From positions 630,001 to 662,000 of the forward strand of contig NC_014833.1 in the NCBI RefSeq assembly GCF_000179635.2: a DNA stretch of 32,000 nt, in the 5' to 3' direction. Of this stretch, positions 8,528 through 16,439 are shown in pieces. A model generated the notes under the pieces. That model made no database searches, was not told the DNA's origin, and worked only from the letters and a program-made list of their open reading frames with translations. Every line of letters starts with the position of its first letter. The first letter of the stretch is position 1. The translations under genes and the position numbers were made by a program. The DNA comes from Ruminococcus albus 7 = DSM 20455 (GTDB lineage: Bacteria > Bacillota > Clostridia > Oscillospirales > Ruminococcaceae).

Positions 8528-8785
8528 ATGAGCTATATTGAAATAGGCGCAGGCGTAGTGCTTGCACTTTGCAGCATTGTTATCATACTGGTAGTTCTGG
8601 TCCAGGATTCCAAGGATGACGGTCTTACTTCCGCTATAGGCGGCGGCTACAATGATTCGTTCTACGGCAAGAATGCGGGCAACACTCGTGATGCCAAGCT
8701 CAACAGACTTACCAGGAACGCAGCGATCGTCATGTTTGTACTGACTATCGCAGTAAGTATTATCCACAAATATCTCAGCAAATAA
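8528..8785 (+). CDS. secG: Preprotein translocase subunit SecG
   Basis: About 85 aa with two TM helices separated by the Gly-rich loop typical of SecG (SKDDGLTSAIGGGYNDSFYGKNAG). I chose the ATG at 8528 (MSYIEIGAG...), which is preceded by GGAGGAAAG, over the 8501 start in the ORF track. Confidence 0.85.
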   Translation: MSYIEIGAGVVLALCSIVIILVVLVQDSKDDGLTSAIGGGYNDSFYGKNAGNTRDAKLNRLTRNAAIVMFVLTIAVSIIHKYLSK

Positions 8786-8848
8786 GCTGTATCAAAAAGC
8801 GGGCGGCTATATCTGTGCTGCTTGCGTAGATCAAGTGGAGAGAACATC

Positions 8849-8874
8849 AGCCCTGCCGCAGCGGGGCTTTTTTT
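8849..8874 (+). terminator. Rho-independent terminator after secG
   Basis: Stem AGCCCTGC (8849-8856) / GCGGGGCT (8861-8868) with a 4-nt loop. The T-run extends to 8874. Confidence 0.75.
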
Positions 8875-8895
8875 CATATGGAGGAAAGTAAGAAT

Positions 8896-9651
8896 ATGGT
8901 AAAAACGGAGAACCGAAAGGCTCTGATGCCGCTGTTTGAGGGCTTTGAGGATTCGGTGCTGATAAGCTGTGCTGAGGGCAGAACGGGTATATGCTGGTGT
9001 GATGATCCCGAGAGACCCGCTGCGGGGGTCATCGAAGCGGGTGATTTTTATTTTACTGCGGGAGACCCTGCATTTGCCCGAGAGGCTTTTGAGATAGCGA
9101 AGAACAACCCCGAGGCGGTGTTCATGCCTGCTTCCGAGGAGTGGACGAAGGCGCTTCTCGCACTTGATAAGGGTCTGGAGAGGACTGTCCGCTACCGCAC
9201 TAAAATGCCAGAAAGCTTCGATACGGACAATCTGAAAAAGTTTGCAGATATGTCCGGATTTACGGACTGCAAACTCGAGCTGATAAGCGAGGATGTCTAT
9301 CGTCAGGCGCTTGCTGAAACATGGTCATGGGCATTTGTGGGAAACTTTTTGGACTACAATGATTTTCATAAGAATGCTTTCGGATGCTGTATAACCCATG
9401 AAGGAAGGCTTATTTGCGCGGCTTCATGCTATTCGGTGTACAGCAGGGGAGTTGAGGTAGAGATAGCTACTCACCCCGACTACCGAAGGAAAGGTCTGGC
9501 AACGATAGCAGGTGCGGCATTCATCGGTGAGTGCGCAAAGAGAGGTCTGAAAGCCCACTGGGACGCGGCAAATACGATGTCGCTGAAGATAGCTTCAAAA
9601 TTCGGGTATACTCTGAAAGAGGAGTATACTGCGCTTCAGTTTGAAAAGTGA
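8896..9651 (+). CDS. GNAT family N-acetyltransferase
   Basis: The C-terminal half carries the GNAT core: VEVEIATHPDYRRKGLATIAGAAFIGECAKRGL, with R-x-x-G-x-A. I prefer the ATG at 8896, 10 nt after GGAGGA. The ORF-track start at 8878 abuts the secG terminator T-run and has no RBS. Confidence 0.75.
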   Translation: MVKTENRKALMPLFEGFEDSVLISCAEGRTGICWCDDPERPAAGVIEAGDFYFTAGDPAFAREAFEIAKNNPEAVFMPASEEWTKALLALDKGLERTVRYRTKMPESFDTDNLKKFADMSGFTDCKLELISEDVYRQALAETWSWAFVGNFLDYNDFHKNAFGCCITHEGRLICAASCYSVYSRGVEVEIATHPDYRRKGLATIAGAAFIGECAKRGLKAHWDAANTMSLKIASKFGYTLKEEYTALQFEK

Positions 9652-9765
9652 GTGTATGAGCTGTTTAGGATAGAACTAATGGATATAATAAACCGTACTG
9701 TATATTTATTCGCAGTGAGAGTATCTCGGGTGAGATAAAGGCAGCAAAACAGCAGGAGGTGCGGC

Positions 9766-9927
9766 ATGAGCAGGAGTTACAAGAGATTTGCGGCTTTCAT
9801 AATAAGTGATAACAAAGGTCCGCACAGATACAAAGCCAAGACACTTGCCAACAGGGCGGTCCGCAGAATCAGTATATGCGGAGGAAAGTCCGCATATAAA
9901 CGGCTTTATGACAGCTGGGAGATATGA
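9766..9927 (+). CDS. Small basic protein (53 aa) ending at a TGA that is in frame with a further 44 codons
   Basis: GGAGG (9755-9759) lies 6 nt before the ATG at 9766. My translation is MSRSYKRFAAFIISDNKGPHRYKAKTLANRAVRRISICGGKSAYKRLYDSWEI-TGA. The same frame continues DVRIPMEDITQLRVAWKRSEDWLHRRFDTLREAERYFKVKYYRK to the TAA at 10060-10062. It falls below the ORF-track length cut-off. Confidence 0.4.
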   Translation: MSRSYKRFAAFIISDNKGPHRYKAKTLANRAVRRISICGGKSAYKRLYDSWEI

Positions 9928-10073
9928 GATGTGCGCATACCGATGGAGGATATTACTCAGCTGAGAGTTGCATGGAAACGCAGTGAAGATTGGCTCCATA
10001 GAAGGTTCGACACCCTGCGTGAAGCCGAACGGTATTTCAAGGTGAAATATTACAGGAAGTAAAAGGAGAATAT

Positions 10074-12182
10074 ATGAAACAGGATTACAGAAAAATGATA
10101 TACAACAAGCTGAAAGCATCGGGCAAGCGCCCTGTGACTTTTAAGGAGCTTGTGAAAAGTTTCCGAAAGGGGAACTTTGATTTTGATAAATTTGCCAAGA
10201 CCGTTGACAAAATGAAGAAAAAAGGCGAGATCATCGAGGGCAAGATGGGATTCACTCTCGGCAAGGGCGGCAAGCTGAAAAAGTGCAAGGTCACAAGACT
10301 GCACAAGAGTTTCGGCTTTGTGAAGAACGTTGACACGGGGGAGGAAGTATTTATTCCCGGAAAGCACCTGCTTGGCGCTATGCCCGGAGATATCGTAATG
10401 GTACAGCTCAGGGAGAGCCGCGGCGACAGCCCCGAGGGTGAAGTGGTATCCATCGAAGAGGAGAATTTCAACAGGTTCAGCGGCGAGATAGTTGACGAAT
10501 TCGGCAAGCTGAAAATAATGCCCGATGTGATATCGAAGTATGCCCTGGATTTCGTCAATCCTTTCGGGCTGGAGCTGCACGAGGGCGACAAGGCTATCGC
10601 TGTGATAACAAGGCGCGGCGAAAAGCACAGCGAGCACCGCTGTGAGATAGTTTCATGTCTGGGAAGTTCGCTGAAAGCGGCGGTATGCGCTCTGGGCATA
10701 GTTGAAGCTGCGGGGCTGACACCTGTATTCCCTGCGGAGGTCATCGATGAGGCAAGGAGAGTATCCTCGGCGGGGATATCCGATGAGGAAAAGGAGGGCA
10801 GGCTCGATCTGAGAGATCTGCCTATATTTACCATCGACGGCGCAGATACCAAGGATATCGACGATGCTATATCGGTGCAGAGGACGGATAACGGATATAT
10901 ACTGGGCGTTCACATCGCAGACGTATCGCACTACGTAACACCAAGGTCGCCGCTGGATAACGAAGCTTTTCAGCGCGGCACCAGTGTATACTACGCAAAC
11001 AGGGTGATACCAATGCTGCCCGCGGAGCTTTCAAACGGTATATGCTCGCTTAATCCTAAGGAGGACAGACTGGCTTTCACCTGCCTGACAGAGCTTGATA
11101 ATGCGGGAAATATAGTCAGCTACAAGTTTGCGAAATCAGTGATAAGGTCTAGGGTAAAGGGCGTATACTCCGAGATAAATGATATCTTTGACGGCTTTGT
11201 GAGCCGTGAGCTTTCGGAGAAATATGCCGAGGTAATGGAACAGCTGCCGCTGATGAAAGAACTGGCGGAGATACTCTGCAAGAAGCGTATCGCCCGCGGT
11301 GCACCACAGATAGAGACCAGCGAAAGTGCCCTGATGATAAACGAGGACAACGTCTGTGTTGGTGTGGGCGAGTACACCCGCGGCTTTGCGCAGGAAATGA
11401 TAGAGGATTTCATGCTGACAGCCAACGAATGTGCGGCGAGATTCGGCAAGGACAACGAACTGCCCTTTGTATACCGTGTTCACGAGCCGCCCTCTGCGGA
11501 GAAGATAGACGGTCTGAAAGAACTGCTTGCAGGACTGGATATCATGTATGTTATGGGTGATGACCCAAAACCGAAACAGCTGGCGGAGATACTTGAAATG
11601 TCCAAAAATACGGACGCTGAAAAAATAGTAAACAATGCAGTGCTGAGGAGTATGTCAAAGGCGAAGTACGATACCGAGCCTATCGGTCACTACGGTCTGG
11701 TGCTGGAGGACTATGCTCATTTCACCTCACCGATACGCCGTTATCCCGACCTTTCCATACACAGGATAATGTCGGCTTTTCTCGGCGGCATGACTGCTGA
11801 GGAATGCCGCAGCAGGTTCAATAAGTTCGTATATGCTTCTGCCGATCGTTCCACCGAAACGGAACTTACTGCTATGCAGACCGAGCGTGCCTGCGATGAC
11901 TGCTACAAGGCTGAGTATATGATGGGTCATATCGGTGAGGAATACGAGGGCGTTATCGTATCGGTTACGGATTTCGGTATGTTCATCGAGCTTGACAACA
12001 CCTGCGAGGGTCTGCTGCACCTTGATAATATGCCTGAGGGCTACTACGAGTGCGACGGCATGATGAAGCTGAAAAATTTCTCAACAGGCGAGGAATACCG
12101 CGTGGGCGAGAGGTTCAGGGTAAAGGTGCTGGGCGCGAATGTGAATTCGGGCAAGGTGGATTTTGTACCTGCGGACAGGTGA
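10074..12182 (+). CDS. rnr: Ribonuclease R (3'-5' exoribonuclease, RNB family)
   Basis: 702 aa with N-terminal cold-shock/OB-like segments. RNB catalytic motifs are present (FTIDGADTKDIDDAISV, HIADVSHYV, YGLVLEDYAHFTSPIRRYPDL). There is a C-terminal S1 domain (YEGVIVSVTDFGMFIEL...RVKVLGANVNSGKVDF). Confidence 0.95.
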   Translation: MKQDYRKMIYNKLKASGKRPVTFKELVKSFRKGNFDFDKFAKTVDKMKKKGEIIEGKMGFTLGKGGKLKKCKVTRLHKSFGFVKNVDTGEEVFIPGKHLLGAMPGDIVMVQLRESRGDSPEGEVVSIEEENFNRFSGEIVDEFGKLKIMPDVISKYALDFVNPFGLELHEGDKAIAVITRRGEKHSEHRCEIVSCLGSSLKAAVCALGIVEAAGLTPVFPAEVIDEARRVSSAGISDEEKEGRLDLRDLPIFTIDGADTKDIDDAISVQRTDNGYILGVHIADVSHYVTPRSPLDNEAFQRGTSVYYANRVIPMLPAELSNGICSLNPKEDRLAFTCLTELDNAGNIVSYKFAKSVIRSRVKGVYSEINDIFDGFVSRELSEKYAEVMEQLPLMKELAEILCKKRIARGAPQIETSESALMINEDNVCVGVGEYTRGFAQEMIEDFMLTANECAARFGKDNELPFVYRVHEPPSAEKIDGLKELLAGLDIMYVMGDDPKPKQLAEILEMSKNTDAEKIVNNAVLRSMSKAKYDTEPIGHYGLVLEDYAHFTSPIRRYPDLSIHRIMSAFLGGMTAEECRSRFNKFVYASADRSTETELTAMQTERACDDCYKAEYMMGHIGEEYEGVIVSVTDFGMFIELDNTCEGLLHLDNMPEGYYECDGMMKLKNFSTGEEYRVGERFRVKVLGANVNSGKVDFVPADR

Positions 12183-12189
12183 CGAAACA

Positions 12190-12855
12190 ATGACTGACGA
12201 TAAAAAACAGAAGCTGAAAAGGCTGCTTACGGGCAAAGGTACACACGGACTTTTTATAGGAAGGATCATGTGCTGTGACGGCGATGATAAAACTGTGATA
12301 GGGCATACAGCACTTTGCCATATCATATTCAGGGCGTTCAGCTGGATAATTTTCGATATCAGCTTTTTACGGATGCTGTTTGTATATCATAAGTTCCCGA
12401 AAAAAACCGGTGTGCATTTCAAGTCGATAAGCGAAATGACGGCAGGTATGTCCGCGGCGGAAAGGCTGCATGAGATACTTCACACTTATCAGCCTTATGA
12501 TGTTACCGGCAACAGAATTCTGGTATTCTATCCGTTTTTTGTATCTGCGGCGGCACTTCTGCTTGGGGGCTGGACGATAGTTCTTCTGCGCAGGATAGTT
12601 AGCCGCAGGGCTTTGGAGAACAGCGGCTTGCAACTCAGGGTGATATCGGGATTGCAGATAGCTTTTGATATATCGGCTTTTATAGTTACGCTGTATTTTT
12701 GCGGCGTGTGGGCTGACCGTGTGATAAGGCAGCTTCCCATGAGGATGCTGTTTACTTATATCTACGGTTTCGGAGTTATTATGATATTTTTTGATCTTAT
12801 CATATTCGCGGTGGATATGAAATTGACGTACAGGAAAAAAGAGGAGGAAAAATAA
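12190..12855 (+). CDS. Hypothetical multi-pass membrane protein
   Basis: Four or five hydrophobic helices (e.g. ILVFYPFFVSAAALLLGGWTIVLL, FIVTLYFCGVWA, IYGFGVIMIFFDLIIFAV). The ATG at 12190 is preceded by AGGTGA. Its stop abuts the next start, and I recognise no family. Confidence 0.55.
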   Translation: MTDDKKQKLKRLLTGKGTHGLFIGRIMCCDGDDKTVIGHTALCHIIFRAFSWIIFDISFLRMLFVYHKFPKKTGVHFKSISEMTAGMSAAERLHEILHTYQPYDVTGNRILVFYPFFVSAAALLLGGWTIVLLRRIVSRRALENSGLQLRVISGLQIAFDISAFIVTLYFCGVWADRVIRQLPMRMLFTYIYGFGVIMIFFDLIIFAVDMKLTYRKKEEEK

Positions 12856-14085
12856 ATGAAGCAGCAGAGGAGCTTTCCTGCTTTCAAAGTCAGCAAAAGG
12901 TGCGAAAACAGGCTGAAAGGCGGACACCCATGGGTGTATGACAACGAGATAGAGGTATCTGACGAGGGTGTGGAGAACGGCTGTATAGCCGATGTTCTGT
13001 CACCTAAGGGGAGCTATCTGGGTTCGGGACTTGTGAGCCTGAACAGCAAGATAAGGGTGAGGATACTCTCGGATAATGCCAATGAAACTTTTGGTGAAAG
13101 CTTCTTCCGCCGCAGGATAAGGTATGCGCTCGACCACAGAAAGACGGTCATGGGCGATGATATCTCTGCGTGTCGTCTGGTACACGGTGAATCCGACGGT
13201 CTGCCGGGACTGACTGTTGACCGCTATAATGACATACTCTCGGTACAGGTGCTGAGCTATGGCATGGAGCAGAGAAAGGATATGCTGTACCGCCTGCTGA
13301 CGGAGGAGCTTGCCGCTGACGGCGTTACACTCCGCGGAATAATGGAGCGCAACGATGTGGCTATACGTGAGCTTGAAGGTCTTGAGCAGGGAAAGGGCTG
13401 GTACAGGGCTGACTTCCTTCCCACACCGCCCGAAACACCTGTTACTGAGATATGCGAGAACGGCATATATTACAAGGTGGATGTTGAGAACGGTCAGAAG
13501 ACAGGATTCTTCCTCGATCAGAAGTACAACCGTCTGGCGGCGGCAAAGCTTGCTAAGGGCAAGAAGGTGCTGGACTGCTTCACACATACGGGTTCATTCG
13601 CGCTGAATGCGGCTTTCGGCGGTGCGGCACACGTCACGGCTGTGGACGTATCTCAGTTTGCGGTGGATACAGCAAAGGCAAATGCCGAGAGGAATGGACT
13701 GTCCGATAAAATGGACTTCGTGTGCGGCGATGTGTTTGATCTTCTTCCCAAGCTGACAGAGGAAAAGGCGGGATACGATTTCATAATCCTCGATCCGCCT
13801 GCATTCACCAAGAGCCGTAAGACCGTGAATTCCGCTGAAAGGGGCTACAAGGAGATAAACTACCGCGCCATGAAGATGCTGCCGCGCGGAGGATATCTCG
13901 CCACCTGTTCGTGCTCGCATTTTATGACGAATGAGCTGTTTGTGAAGATGCTTATGAGCGCTGCCCATGATGCAGGTTTTCAGCTGAAGCTGGTAGAAGC
14001 AAGGCAGCAGGCACCCGACCACCCTATACTCATGAATGTGCCCGAAACTGATTATCTGAAATTCTATCTGTTCCAGGTAGTGTGA
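12856..14085 (+). CDS. rlmI: RlmI-like class I SAM-dependent rRNA (m5C) methyltransferase with PUA-like N-domain
   Basis: 409 aa with an N-terminal RLKGGHPWVYDNEI (PUA/EVE-like start typical of RlmI/RlmK). Other family features are GLPGLTVDRY, SAM motif I VLDCFTHTGSFAL, DVS and the catalytic DPPAF. Confidence 0.8.
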   Translation: MKQQRSFPAFKVSKRCENRLKGGHPWVYDNEIEVSDEGVENGCIADVLSPKGSYLGSGLVSLNSKIRVRILSDNANETFGESFFRRRIRYALDHRKTVMGDDISACRLVHGESDGLPGLTVDRYNDILSVQVLSYGMEQRKDMLYRLLTEELAADGVTLRGIMERNDVAIRELEGLEQGKGWYRADFLPTPPETPVTEICENGIYYKVDVENGQKTGFFLDQKYNRLAAAKLAKGKKVLDCFTHTGSFALNAAFGGAAHVTAVDVSQFAVDTAKANAERNGLSDKMDFVCGDVFDLLPKLTEEKAGYDFIILDPPAFTKSRKTVNSAERGYKEINYRAMKMLPRGGYLATCSCSHFMTNELFVKMLMSAAHDAGFQLKLVEARQQAPDHPILMNVPETDYLKFYLFQVV

Positions 14086-14110
14086 TATAAGGCTATGTTA
14101 ATATTTGCTA

Positions 14111-14140
14111 TTGACAAATAAGGCTGAAATGTGATAAAAT
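14111..14140 (+). promoter_or_regulatory. SigA-type promoter for the 14180 ORF
   Basis: TTGACA (14111-14116), an 18-nt spacer, then TGA-TAAAAT (14135-14140), i.e. an extended -10. Confidence 0.55.
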
Positions 14141-14179
14141 ACTATTGCTGATATCATTCAGGAGGGGGGAGAAAACGCT

Positions 14180-14737
14180 GTGAAAAAATATGCTGTGTAT
14201 CGGTCTGCCAACGGTCTGTACTGCTATGAGTACCATGACAGCCTTGATACACTTAAAGGTACTATGTTTGAGACTGTTATCAAGGAAGAACAGCTCCCCG
14301 TAGTGCTGGACGGAAGCGGCGGTTACTTTTCTTTCAAGAAGGATGACTACAATTTTGTCAAGGTCATCGAATCAGACAAGAAATATCCTCTCCCGCTGGA
14401 GAAGATGTTTTTGAAGAACGATGATAACTTCAAGCTGGGGTGGATGTCACCTCAGGGCGATACCTATTCCTGCGACTATACCAACCACAACAGATGTGCC
14501 ATAATGCTGGCAGATAAGTTCGTACCCGGAGCGAAATTCCCTGAAAGAGCTCTCGGCAAGGCGGGTTGGATAAAAATAATAGACTCTTGGGACGGTACGC
14601 AGCGTCAGCATGGACAGTTCGTATATTCGCTGACGGGCAGGATAACCAAACAGCAGGCAGACAAGCTTTTTGATGTGGGGCTGTACTTTAATGAGGAAGT
14701 TCAGACCCTTATAAAGGATTGCGAGAACGATTGGTAA
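14180..14737 (+). CDS. Hypothetical protein (185 aa)
   Basis: GTG start preceded by GGAGGGGGGA. It has a globular-looking composition and its own promoter and terminator. I recognise no family motif. Confidence 0.55.
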   Translation: MKKYAVYRSANGLYCYEYHDSLDTLKGTMFETVIKEEQLPVVLDGSGGYFSFKKDDYNFVKVIESDKKYPLPLEKMFLKNDDNFKLGWMSPQGDTYSCDYTNHNRCAIMLADKFVPGAKFPERALGKAGWIKIIDSWDGTQRQHGQFVYSLTGRITKQQADKLFDVGLYFNEEVQTLIKDCENDW

Positions 14738-14743
14738 GATATA

Positions 14744-14772
14744 CGCTCACTGGGCGACAGTGGGCGTTTTTT
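14744..14772 (+). terminator. Rho-independent terminator
   Basis: Stem CGCTCACTG (14744-14752) / CAGTGGGCG (14758-14766) with one G-U pair. The T-run is 14767-14772. Confidence 0.75.
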
Positions 14773-14803
14773 GCGCTCTTAGCAATAATATTTTATTTTA
14801 ATA

Positions 14804-14962
14804 TCTGATTATCCCGTTTACACACCAATTAATTTGGTGTAATATCAGAACTAGAAATACTCGGCGGTTATCCTTCCCCCGCCGCAGGCGGGGGAAGGAT
14901 AACATCAACACGATGATTCATTGTTATATAGCATTTTGTAATGGTGTGTTAAAGGGATAACC
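14804..14962. repeat. Nested inverted-repeat element sharing a (G/A)TTATCC core
   Basis: The outer arms GATTATCCCGTTTACACACC (14807-14826) and GGTGTGTTAAAGGGATAACC (14943-14962) match in 17 of 20 positions as reverse complements. The inner hairpin is a perfect 16-bp stem, GTTATCCTTCCCCCGC (14867-14882) / GCGGGGGAAGGATAAC (14888-14903). A further hairpin lies at 14804-14849 (TCTGAT..ACACCAA-loop-TTGGTGT..ATCAGA). Confidence 0.6.
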
Positions 14963-15192
14963 ATGTTTTAATATAAATGAATAAACGCTTTTTTGTAAGA
15001 ACTGCACAAAAAGGCATGGTTAATTTCTGCGTTCAATAAAACTGAACGGTTTTGTGTGAGTTTGATAAAAGTGAATTGCTGAAATTAGGCAAAAAGCCCA
15101 AAGAATCGGTGAAACAGCAGAGAAACATCTTAACTAACTGAACTGTTTTGCATAAAACGTAGAAAAACTTTCTTTATTTGTAAAAAAATCTA

Positions 15193-15221
15193 TTGACAAT
15201 TATGAAAAAAAGCTTTATACT
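15193..15221 (+). promoter_or_regulatory. SigA-type promoter for the DivIVA-like/hydrogenase-like unit
   Basis: TTGACA (15193-15198), a 17-nt spacer, then TATACT (15216-15221). This gives a leader of about 100 nt before the ATG at 15329. Confidence 0.6.
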
Positions 15222-15328
15222 ATTAATGTGAATTATTATGAACTGTGCCAAGTGTACAGTTTACGGGTATAATAATGAAAAGCTTGCCGCAGCCGTGAAG
15301 TACGGTACGGCATCAGGAGGATGATACA

Positions 15329-16396
15329 ATGGCGGAAACCAGATTTATCAAGACGGTAGAGTTCGGCGGCTATGACAGAGATGACGTTATCAAGAGATTT
15401 GAATTTCTGAACTCTCAGCTGTTTGACCTTAAAAATGAACTGCGCGAAACAAAGCTGCTCATGGAGGAATACAAGAAAGGTTCGTCCGAGGAAAAGGCTC
15501 ATGAGGCTGTGCTCGGTCAGGAGAGAGTCAAGCTGACCAGTCTGCAGGTACAGAATGAAACAGCTTCGGCTAAGCTGAAGGCTTCCGAGGAAGATAAAGC
15601 TAAGCTCTCGGAGGAGCTTGTGGCGCTGAAGGCTGCTCACGCAGAGGCAATGAAGGAACTGGAGGATGTCAAGTCAAAGCTGAACGCTTATGAGTCTGAC
15701 AATGAGGCGAATGCGCTCAGCCAGGTGTTTATTGCTGCACAGGCTTCCGCAACAGCAGTAGTTGCAAATGCTAACAAAGAAGCTGATGAGAAGAAGGCAC
15801 AGACAGAAGCGCTCGTTAAAGAGATGATCGACGATGCGAACCACACTGCTGCCGAGATAGTATACGAGGCTGAAAAGAAGGCTGCCGAGACTGATGCTGA
15901 AACAAAGAACGCATCCGAGAAGATGAAGGTGGCTTCCAATAACCTCAGAGCTTCCATGCTCGCAGAGGTAGAGGGTCTTAATGAACAGATGGCTGCACTC
16001 AGCGAAGTGTTCAAACTTATAAAGGAAAAGAGTACCGAGGCTGAGAACATCCTGAAGACCACTGAAGACAAGCTTAACGAGGGCGGTGTGCCTGAATTCA
16101 AGATACCTGAAACTTTTGAAGCTGAACTCCCTGATGCGCCCGAGCCGAGAAAGTCTGCTGAGGAGACCAAGAAGTCCAATGCAAGACTTGAAGAACTGGC
16201 TAAGATGGCAGCATCCATCGGCGGCGACAAGGGCAAGTCCGAAAAGGGTGATGAGGAAAAGTCAGAGGAAGAAGCTTCTGAAAAGACCGATGATAAGTCC
16301 GGTGAGAAGGCTGCCGACAAAAAAGATGACGGCAAAAAATCGGGCGGCGTAGACCTTGCCGATCTTATGAAGCAGGCTAGTGCATTGAAAAAGTAG
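15329..16396 (+). CDS. DivIVA domain-containing coiled-coil protein with acidic/lysine-rich tail
   Basis: The N-terminus FIKTVEFGGYDRDDVIKRFEFLNSQL fits the DivIVA motif F-x5-(R/G)GYD-x-(D/E)-(D/E)V-x2-F. Long heptad-like coiled coil follows. The C-terminus is low complexity (KSEKGDEEKSEEEASEKTDDKSGEKAADKKDDGKK). The RBS is AGGAGG. Confidence 0.7.
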   Translation: MAETRFIKTVEFGGYDRDDVIKRFEFLNSQLFDLKNELRETKLLMEEYKKGSSEEKAHEAVLGQERVKLTSLQVQNETASAKLKASEEDKAKLSEELVALKAAHAEAMKELEDVKSKLNAYESDNEANALSQVFIAAQASATAVVANANKEADEKKAQTEALVKEMIDDANHTAAEIVYEAEKKAAETDAETKNASEKMKVASNNLRASMLAEVEGLNEQMAALSEVFKLIKEKSTEAENILKTTEDKLNEGGVPEFKIPETFEAELPDAPEPRKSAEETKKSNARLEELAKMAASIGGDKGKSEKGDEEKSEEEASEKTDDKSGEKAADKKDDGKKSGGVDLADLMKQASALKK

Positions 16397-16439
16397 TTAT
16401 CGGCTGCTGCGATAATAATTGGTAAGGAGTGTATTCATT

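Noticed and set aside
9706-10119. 137-aa minus-strand ORF covering the rnr upstream region
   Set aside because: It has no RBS, an odd composition, and it overlaps the rnr start and RBS. The plus strand here carries a better-supported small ORF with GGAGG + ATG.
10050-10852. Two long minus-strand ORFs (195 aa and 255 aa) inside rnr
   Set aside because: They are antisense to an unambiguous RNase R gene with RNB and S1 motifs. Their translations are low-complexity Ser/Leu/Pro-rich.
12367-12927. 186-aa minus-strand ORF
   Set aside because: It is antisense to the membrane-protein gene and to the rlmI start. It has no expression signals. The plus-strand genes are tightly packed (stop codon directly abutting the next start), consistent with an operon.
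14807-14962. TTATCC cores as possible DnaA boxes (TTATCCACA)
   Set aside because: Every copy deviates at the last three positions (TTATCCCGT, TTATCCTTC, TTATCCCTT). There is no dnaA/dnaN context and no AT-rich unwinding-element arrangement, so an origin is not supported.
15688-16335. 215-aa Ser/Ala-rich minus-strand ORF
   Set aside because: It is antisense to the DivIVA-like coiled-coil gene. GAA/GCT-rich coding sequence commonly leaves the opposite strand open, and there is no RBS or promoter.
16397-16439. Small hairpin TTATCG-N7-CGATAA between the DivIVA-like and hydrogenase-like genes as a terminator
   Set aside because: The stem is only 6 bp and AT-rich, with no T-run, and it sits immediately before the RBS. 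I treated it as compatible with co-transcription.
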